DNA of 14,506 nucleotides. Source: Candidatus Ratteibacteria bacterium (GTDB lineage Bacteria; Ratteibacteria; UBA8468; B48-G9; DTJG01). Numbering within the stretch: the stretch's first letter is position 1; every line of letters begins with the position of its first letter. A program made the position numbers and the translations under genes. The stretch spans positions 1-14,506 of the forward strand of contig JBMFLH010000053.1 in NCBI GenBank assembly GCA_049971295.1. Reading direction: 5' to 3'. Under the pieces are notes generated by a model that saw only the letters and a program-made list of their open reading frames with translations, did no database searches and had not been told where the DNA came from. This document shows positions 1-6,296 of this stretch, in pieces.

Positions 1-921
1 TGCCATCATTACATCTACATGGTCTGATTTGAAATCAAGATAGTAAACATTGCCTGCAGAATCTATTGAGAATCGATGGAAAGATGTTCCAAATCTCGGA
101 ACATATAGTACTGCCCGAATGCCCATGAATTCTCCTGTGCCATTATATTCCATTATTGCCGTTGGACCCCAAACATAAAAATCGACTGTATCATTTTGCC
201 CTAATGAAATTTGTTCACTTATTAAAGGTTCTCTAATCATATAAAAATGGTCTTTTTCATCATTGTAAAGGTCGCCAATCCCAATTGGAAAAAGTTTTTC
301 AATATCGCTAAACTTTGCTTGTCGGGGTAATATTAACTTTTTAGAGAAAGAGCCTTTTTTGTTAAAAATAATTATCTCTACTGGTGCCAATATATCGAAA
401 GGTACCTCGGCAGTTCTAATGCTTCCGTCAATAAGTAAGGCAAACTCTTTTGCTCGTTTTCCTGAATTTAAAAATCTGAATGAATATCTTTCTCCATTTT
501 TGTAAGGAAAGGTGCAGAATTCTTTAATTTCAGTTAGTTGAGGATCGATTGTATAAAAACGAGGTCTGGCTGACAAGTGAATATAACCGAGAGAATTACA
601 AGCTAACAAGCTAACAGAAGATTCTATCTTTGAATTGGTTACAGTAAGTTGTTTAAGTAGTGTGTTGATTTTTTCTTCATCTTCTCTTTTTCTTTTTCCA
701 TTATTATCATACACTGCTATTGTTCCGGGAATTGACCTATCTCCATAATAACAGACAAAAATCTTTCCCTGAGAGTCCACTGCTATTGATCCTATTCCTT
801 CAAGTTCATCTTCTGTCATCAAAAGAAATTTTCCGTTCCTGCTGAATTTCTTCACTCTTCTGTTTACTGTGTCTGCAATATAAATATCGCCGTAAAAATC
901 AATGTGCAAACTGATACACAA
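1..921 (-). CDS. NHL-repeat / beta-propeller protein. Partial at the window edge and apparently lacking its own N-terminus.
   Basis: Manual translation gives a stop-free frame from 921 to 1 (307 codons), bounded upstream by TAA at 922-924. It reads LCISLHIDFYGDIYIADTVNRRVKKFSRNGKFLL...GIGSIAVDSQGKIFVC...IAVYDNNGK...FSIDSAGNVYYLDFKSDHVDVMMA. The repeated (A/I)-V/I-D-x-x-G-x-I-Y/F blades are NHL-like. No SD, signal peptide or upstream ATG (first Met at codon 35); the only possible starts before the first blade are TTGs at 921 and 909. Not in the supplied ORF track. Confidence 0.8.
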   Translation of the reverse strand, partial: MCISLHIDFYGDIYIADTVNRRVKKFSRNGKFLLMTEDELEGIGSIAVDSQGKIFVCYYGDRSIPGTIAVYDNNGKRKREDEEKINTLLKQLTVTNSKIESSVSLLACNSLGYIHLSARPRFYTIDPQLTEIKEFCTFPYKNGERYSFRFLNSGKRAKEFALLIDGSIRTAEVPFDILAPVEIIIFNKKGSFSKKLILPRQAKFSDIEKLFPIGIGDLYNDEKDHFYMIREPLISEQISLGQNDTVDFYVWGPTAIMEYNGTGEFMGIRAVLYVPRFGTSFHRFSIDSAGNVYYLDFKSDHVDVMMA

Positions 922-2722
922 TTACAACATGAGAACCTGGCTTATTCAATATGTCTCCTGGGACAAGGTTGGTATCAGGGTCTGTAATTTCATAACCAAC
1001 CCCATTTAATGTGGAAGTATACTTTCTCCACTCACTCCAGTTATACCCTGCAAGCCTGGCTGCGGCTGAGACAAGTCCTGAACAATCAGTTCCATAACCA
1101 TTATACTCATCGTCAACTTTTGTAATATCTCCATTTTCATCCGCCCTTCCACCATACCAGCAACCTCCCCATTCATAAGGTACTTCAAGAAATGATGTCA
1201 ACCATTGTAAATATCTTCTCATAATTTCTGTCTCTGGCCAGGTATCTTCATTTAATTTTCTCACACTGATTCTTACAGCATATTCTGTTGGTCCAACTGT
1301 CTCTGGCGGCTCATCACTGTTCTGGCTCCACCTCAGTGTATAATCGGGATGGATATGGTCTGTTGATTTTGCTTGCCAGTTTCCAGGTGTTGGTTCTAAA
1401 CTGCTTAGAAAATGTTTCTGATTTAATGCGTCGTTTCTCTTGACTCGCACAATGTAACGATGAGTCCCAGCATCCAGTGTAATAGGACCAAAACCCCAGC
1501 CACTACATGATAGCAGACAATAGGCAGGATAGTAAAAAAATCGCCTTGTATGACCATTATATGTGTCTTTATGCACAGAAGAAAGAACTGTCTCTTTATC
1601 TACAGCAGATTTTATTTCATACCAAGAAAACGTGAAAGGTATTCCTATCCATTCACTAACAGTAATTCCAGAAGAAAGTTTTGGCCAGATATCACTATTC
1701 CAGTTGCCAGATGGTACTTGATAATCCCGTGTTCCTGTGCAATACCAGTACCCATCATTGACAAAGTATTGCCCGCTATTACCAGGGTCAAATCCTATCC
1801 CACAGAAATAATCCGTGCCATCAAGAGATTCAACCTCAACAATTGCACGCACTGATATTGAATCATTCACAAAAGGATATGCGCGATCAACAATCTGACT
1901 ATCACTTGTACAGGAATCATTGTGATAATAAACTCCTAATCGGTATTTAGCCACTGTTGCTACAACTGTATCTATCCCTGTCGAATCGTCAGGCGCTGTA
2001 TAGGATATCTGTATTTCGCATCCACGCCGGCTGCTCTTTGCATATCCTTCTACCCACACATAGGTGTCAGTCCGTAAATTATCAACAATATCATAGGTCT
2101 TCGAAATTATTTGATTGTTTTTCTCAGCAGTATCCCACATTTTCAATTTATCTGCCCCATTTGAAATGCTCAAAATAATATAACCCGGCAAATCTGGTGG
2201 TTGTGGCTCTCTGATAATTAATTTCACCAGATCATTCTCGTCGGTAACCGGGTGCTCATCCTTATCAAGGGTGGTGTCACTATTATCGTCATCATCATTA
2301 AGTGGAATATACAACCCTGTCTCTTTTTCTGTGTTTTCTGATAGGCCGTATGATGGGTCCCAATCCAGATCAATATTAAAAACTGTGATCACCACTGTGT
2401 CAATGGCTATTGAATCATCTTCTGATATCTTATATCCTTTCAGAGTTAATTTGATATCTCCTACCTGAGATGAGGTGTCTTCTCCTTTTAAATATAATGT
2501 CTTTGAAAGAAATGGATTTGACTGCTCTGGAGTACAACTATAGGTGTATGGGAAACTTCTACCTGTGTATGTCCCTGTTGATGAGTCATATTCCCATAAT
2601 GATACCTTATCTGCTCCTTCAATTGCTTCTATCTTGAAATGTATCTGCTGTGGCTCTGTCATCTCTACAAATTCAGGACTACCTGTCTCAAGCATGCTCG
2701 GACCTATCTTGACCTCTACCAT
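899..2722 (-). CDS. Large repeat-domain protein with a C-terminal NlpC/P60 (C40 family) peptidoglycan amidase/endopeptidase domain. Probably truncated at both ends, so a possible pseudogene.
   Basis: The 607-aa ORF carries NlpC/P60 motifs: FLEVPYEWGG (~1165-1192), TDCSGLV (Cys at 1082-1084), PGDIL, and GSHVVIV (His at 929-931). The ORF stops 9 residues after the His. The N-terminal half has two similar domains (GADKVSLW / GADKLKMW; DDSIAIDTVVITV / DDSTGIDTVVATV) and an acidic LNDDDDNSDTTLD...ENDL motif. No signal peptide. Confidence 0.75.
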   Translation of the reverse strand: MVEVKIGPSMLETGSPEFVEMTEPQQIHFKIEAIEGADKVSLWEYDSSTGTYTGRSFPYTYSCTPEQSNPFLSKTLYLKGEDTSSQVGDIKLTLKGYKISEDDSIAIDTVVITVFNIDLDWDPSYGLSENTEKETGLYIPLNDDDDNSDTTLDKDEHPVTDENDLVKLIIREPQPPDLPGYIILSISNGADKLKMWDTAEKNNQIISKTYDIVDNLRTDTYVWVEGYAKSSRRGCEIQISYTAPDDSTGIDTVVATVAKYRLGVYYHNDSCTSDSQIVDRAYPFVNDSISVRAIVEVESLDGTDYFCGIGFDPGNSGQYFVNDGYWYCTGTRDYQVPSGNWNSDIWPKLSSGITVSEWIGIPFTFSWYEIKSAVDKETVLSSVHKDTYNGHTRRFFYYPAYCLLSCSGWGFGPITLDAGTHRYIVRVKRNDALNQKHFLSSLEPTPGNWQAKSTDHIHPDYTLRWSQNSDEPPETVGPTEYAVRISVRKLNEDTWPETEIMRRYLQWLTSFLEVPYEWGGCWYGGRADENGDITKVDDEYNGYGTDCSGLVSAAARLAGYNWSEWRKYTSTLNGVGYEITDPDTNLVPGDILNKPGSHVVIVYQFAH

Positions 2723-2950
2723 CTGACCTTTCTTGATATACCCCGGTGGCTTCTTCTTGTTTTCTCAATTTGATATTACCCCCCCAGAGATTTTTGTCAA
2801 GATATGGCAGTTAAACCGAGTTTTCTCCATGTCTGAAACAACCGGTCCTTCTATCTGAAACGAATCTACCTTACTTTTGCCAAATATGGTGGTATTTGAT
2901 ATTCCTGTTGCCCAGGAGGAAACAAAGGAAACTTTTTTCTGCACCGACGC
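2723..2950 (-). pseudogene. Probable decayed upstream continuation of the 607-aa ORF (same frame, one in-frame TGA at 2765-2767).
   Basis: Track ORF 2765..3067(-) is in the same frame as 899..2722(-). The frame reads ...KISGGVISN*ENKKKPPGYIKKGQ-MVEVKIG. ENKKKPPGYI resembles the start of the second repeat (ENTEKETGLYI). The upstream limit is approximate. Confidence 0.45.
2773..2800 (-). promoter_or_regulatory. Sigma70-type promoter candidate for the NlpC/P60 ORF, with a G7 tract in the spacer.
   Basis: Minus strand reads TTGACA (2800-2795), a 16-bp spacer ending in GGGGGGG (2785-2779), then TAATAT (2778-2773), about 50 bp upstream of the ATG at 2722. Confidence 0.5.
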
Positions 2951-2983
2951 CACCAACTTTCTCAACTTCTTTATCAAAAAGGA

Positions 2984-2992
2984 TGTTATAAT
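2984..2992 (+). promoter_or_regulatory. Extended -10 promoter (TGnTATAAT) predicted to give a leaderless mRNA.
   Basis: TGTTATAAT at 2984-2992, then 6 nt (TATTTC), then the ATG at 2999. No SD sequence lies between the -10 box and the ATG. Confidence 0.7.
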
Positions 2993-2998
2993 TATTTC

Positions 2999-4324
2999 AT
3001 GGAAAAATTTGATATCAATCGATATTTTGGAAAAAGTTTTTGTTGTCCTTGCTGCCATAGCAAGCATGAAATTCCAGTGAAAAAAGTGTTAACAAAAACA
3101 GGAGCGATTTTTTTGTTGCCTGCTGTTATTTCAGACATGATAACAGGAAAAAATATTCTAATTCTTTGCGACGATAATACTTATAAAGTAGCGGGTGAAA
3201 AATGCGAAAAGATTCTTTCAAAATCTCTCAATGTTTCCTGTCTGATTCTTTCTTCAGAGAAAAACAAGAAAATTTACGCTGAAGAAAAATACTTTCCTTT
3301 GATTTTGAAAGAATTAAAAGATAAAGATGCGATGATTACGGTTGGTTCAGGGACGATCACAGATTTAGGAAAGTATGCAGCAGATAAGATGAAAATTCCT
3401 GTCATCTGTGTTCCCACCGCACCTTCTATGAATGCTTATACATCAGGAGTTTCTGCATTTATTTCAGGGACATTGAAAAAGACTGTGCCGGTAAAGCCAG
3501 CGATTGCTGTTGTGACAGATTTAGACATTGTTTCTAATGCTCCAGTTGAAATGGTGAAGGCGGGCTTTGCCGACAGTCTTGCAAGATCCTTTGCAAACGC
3601 TGACTGGAAACTTGCCTGTTTATTTACAGGAGAAAAATTTTGCGCGCTTCCTTACGAGATAACAAAACAAATTGAAGCAGCCTATATTGACAAAGCAAGG
3701 CAAATTGTCAAAAGAGATAAGCGGATGATCTTGAAACTTATGCAGGCGCTCCATCTTGGCGGTATTTCAATGATTATTGCTGGTAGTTCTTCTCCTGCAT
3801 CAGGAGGGGAGCATCTTATTTCGCACTTTCTTGATATGGTGGCACATAGAAGCAAAAAAGAAAATTTTGCACTCCATGGATTACAGGTTGGCCCTGGTGT
3901 GATTATTTCAGCGACAGTTTACGAAAGGTTGAACACGCTTGGTCTTTCTGACATCCAGTATTTACTGAAAATCCATAAATTAGAAGAACATTTGAACGCT
4001 CAGGAATTTATCAGAAAAAATTTTGGTATTGAAGAAGAGTTAAACAAAAAATTGTTGTTGCTTCACGAACTTAGAAAAAAACTCCCGCTTCTATGGGATG
4101 AATTAAAAAAAGAAGCATTTCCCATGGTGAAGAGGTCTGAAGAAATAAAAAATGTATTGAAAAGTGCAGGTTGTCCATTAAAATTTTCAGAGATTGGCGT
4201 TGACAGGGAACTTGCCTATCAAGCAATTAACTACAGTCGTTTTATCAGGCCGCGACTTACAGTTTTTGATATCGCAGGAGAACTCGGACTACTTTCTGAT
4301 GTCGCTGAGCAGTTTTCACGATAA
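2999..4324 (+). CDS. egsA: sn-glycerol-1-phosphate dehydrogenase family protein (bacterial AraM/EgsA-like, DHQ-synthase-like metal-dependent dehydrogenase).
   Basis: 441 aa. N-terminal CPCCHSKH (CxCxxxH-like, as in bacterial AraM-type enzymes), DDNTY, GSGTITDLGKY (NAD binding), PTAPSMNAYTS, ADS/ADW, SGGEHLISH and LHGLQVG (metal-binding His residues). Confidence 0.85.
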   Translation: MEKFDINRYFGKSFCCPCCHSKHEIPVKKVLTKTGAIFLLPAVISDMITGKNILILCDDNTYKVAGEKCEKILSKSLNVSCLILSSEKNKKIYAEEKYFPLILKELKDKDAMITVGSGTITDLGKYAADKMKIPVICVPTAPSMNAYTSGVSAFISGTLKKTVPVKPAIAVVTDLDIVSNAPVEMVKAGFADSLARSFANADWKLACLFTGEKFCALPYEITKQIEAAYIDKARQIVKRDKRMILKLMQALHLGGISMIIAGSSSPASGGEHLISHFLDMVAHRSKKENFALHGLQVGPGVIISATVYERLNTLGLSDIQYLLKIHKLEEHLNAQEFIRKNFGIEEELNKKLLLLHELRKKLPLLWDELKKEAFPMVKRSEEIKNVLKSAGCPLKFSEIGVDRELAYQAINYSRFIRPRLTVFDIAGELGLLSDVAEQFSR

Positions 4325-4358
4325 AAAATAAGATTGAAATATTGATTCTGGAGGCAAA

Positions 4359-5309
4359 ATGGAGCCAGGAGAAACATTTACGCTGGCACTTGAAAGAAAA
4401 GAAATAAAAGGAAGGGTGCCTCATTTTGAACTCGTATTTTTTCTTACGATGGAGGCATTTGGAAAAGTTCACCCTTCTCATAGAAATTATTCCCAGTGGG
4501 AACAGATGAGTGAAAAAGAAAAACAACTTCACAGAAAAGATATGGCAGAAATTTATGTGAAAACAGCAGAAACATTTAGTCATAGCGCAATTTTTCTTCA
4601 TCCAAATCCGTCAACAATTGAAGAAACAATTCGTTTAATAGATATAGTAAGAGACATGACAGGGAAAAAATACTTTCTTATGATACACGGAGATGCGACA
4701 TTTGGCATACCATCAGGCAGTCATATGATGGAATTTGTTGAAAGAATTGCCGATGAACCCCAAAAAGTAAAACAGGAAGCAGAAAAGATGGTAGAGGATG
4801 CATTGAAAAGGGCAGAGGTGATAAAAAGCAAAACATCACTTGATGGCTTTGCTCTTTGTTCTGATTATTGTTTCAATTCAGGTCCTTTTTTAAGTCCTGC
4901 AATGTTTTCGGAATTTATCACACCCTATCTTGCAAAATTGATTAAGGGATACAGGGATATGGACTTTTATACTATCAAGCACACAGACGGAAACATTATG
5001 CCCATCATTGACCAGTTAGTTCAGGCAGATCCCCATGCTCTGCACTCTCTTGATCCTCAGGCAGGAATTGATATAAAAGCAGTTAAGCAGCTCTACGGCG
5101 ATAAAGTGTGTTTAATAGGAAATGTGAATTGCGGGCTTCTTCAGACAGGAACAGACCAGGAAGTGATTGAGTCATGTCTTTATGCATTGAAAAATGGGAT
5201 GCCAGGATACGGTTATATTTTTTCAACATCAAACTGTATCTATACAGGAATGGCGCTGGAAAGATACAAACTGATGTTAAGCGTGTGGGAAAGATACGGA
5301 GATTATTAA
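4359..5309 (+). CDS. Uroporphyrinogen decarboxylase (URO-D)/MtaA-CmuA-like TIM-barrel protein, substrate unknown.
   Basis: 316 aa; SD GGAGG at 4350-4354. Motifs SDYCFNSGPFLSPAMFSEFITPY, KHTDGNIMPII, LIGNV, GYIFSTSNCI are typical of the URO-D-like superfamily. It lacks the HemE N-terminal WxMRQAGR motif, so it is not hemE. Confidence 0.85.
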   Translation: MEPGETFTLALERKEIKGRVPHFELVFFLTMEAFGKVHPSHRNYSQWEQMSEKEKQLHRKDMAEIYVKTAETFSHSAIFLHPNPSTIEETIRLIDIVRDMTGKKYFLMIHGDATFGIPSGSHMMEFVERIADEPQKVKQEAEKMVEDALKRAEVIKSKTSLDGFALCSDYCFNSGPFLSPAMFSEFITPYLAKLIKGYRDMDFYTIKHTDGNIMPIIDQLVQADPHALHSLDPQAGIDIKAVKQLYGDKVCLIGNVNCGLLQTGTDQEVIESCLYALKNGMPGYGYIFSTSNCIYTGMALERYKLMLSVWERYGDY

Positions 5310-5340
5310 AAAACAATTTTCAACATTAAAAAGGAGCAAA

Positions 5341-6279
5341 ATGATTAATCCAAAATTTATTTCAGGAATACTTCCTGTAACAAAGTCCAGATTTACTGAA
5401 AGGCAACTGGGCCATTATCGAGTCTGCGGGCAAGCAACAGCGGTCAGGGCAGGTTGTCTTTCAGGTGCTTTTATCGGAGTGAAAAGTTCAACAAAAACTG
5501 TTGAAATTGAACTTGAAGTAAAAGGCAGAGCAAGAAATTATCTTGGGCTTGACGTGGAAGTTGACAAAGTGGTGATAAAATCAGTGAGAATGGATTTGCT
5601 ACCAGAAATGAAAAAAATCGCATTACATCTGGCAGAGTTTCCTGATGAAAAAGAAAGACAGATTAAGGTTTATTTACCTGTTTCTGTTGAAATTGACATT
5701 ATTTCTTTCAGCGCAGACGGTGAGCCCCTGAAGAGACCGGAAAAAAAATTGCTATTCCTTGGAGATTCTATTACGCAGGGCATGGACGCTGTAAGCCCTT
5801 TATGCACATATCCAGTGGTATGCGCGAGAATCCTGGACATGGACTTTATCAATCAGGGTGTTGGTGGTTATGTTTTTGATGCTGGTTCCCTTGATGAGAA
5901 TTTTCCATTTGAACCTGATATCATTATAGTTGCTTATGGAGTTAATGACTGGAATAAAGATACTTCTACGCAACAAATAACACAGGCAGCAATACTATAT
6001 CTTGAAAAACTAAAAAGCATTTTCAGAAAATCCAGAATTTTTGCCATCACTCCCATCTGGACAAACATAGAAGACCAGAAAAAATCATCAGGGACAATTC
6101 AGGATGTGAGAAACATCATTGAAAAGGCAGCAAAAAAAGCAGGATGCACTGTTATCAATGGTCTTTCTCTTGTTCCGAACAACAATTTTTATTTTGTTGA
6201 TGGTATACATCCCAATGAAACAGGTCATCTGGTTTATGGGGTAAACCTTGCCTGTGCAATTCAGGAACAACTCAAATAA
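5341..6279 (+). CDS. SGNH/GDSL hydrolase (esterase) with an N-terminal beta-sandwich domain.
   Basis: 312 aa; SD AAGGAG at 5331-5336. SGNH blocks: GDSITQG (I), NQGVGG (II), YGVND (III), DGIHP (V). No signal peptide. Confidence 0.9.
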   Translation: MINPKFISGILPVTKSRFTERQLGHYRVCGQATAVRAGCLSGAFIGVKSSTKTVEIELEVKGRARNYLGLDVEVDKVVIKSVRMDLLPEMKKIALHLAEFPDEKERQIKVYLPVSVEIDIISFSADGEPLKRPEKKLLFLGDSITQGMDAVSPLCTYPVVCARILDMDFINQGVGGYVFDAGSLDENFPFEPDIIIVAYGVNDWNKDTSTQQITQAAILYLEKLKSIFRKSRIFAITPIWTNIEDQKKSSGTIQDVRNIIEKAAKKAGCTVINGLSLVPNNNFYFVDGIHPNETGHLVYGVNLACAIQEQLK

Positions 6280-6296
6280 AATCAACGGGAGGAGAA

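Noticed and set aside
599..616. 8-bp tandem duplication CAAGCTAA-CAAGCTAA in the propeller ORF, considered as a target-site duplication or slippage scar.
   Set aside because: The reading frame stays open on both sides with plausible sequence, there are only two copies, and no mobile element is nearby.
2885..2960. Possible structured RNA or riboswitch: TGGTGG/CCACCA pairing enclosing a TCCTG-TTGCC-CAGGA hairpin.
   Set aside because: The stems are only 5-7 bp, I recognise no riboswitch consensus, and the region lies upstream of both predicted promoters. An Rfam/Infernal search would be needed to revive it.
2999..4324. Archaeal-type ether lipid biosynthesis in a bacterium.
   Set aside because: AraM-type G1PDH homologues are common in bacteria, no GGGP/DGGGP synthase or prenyltransferase gene is in the window, and the context is carbohydrate catabolism.
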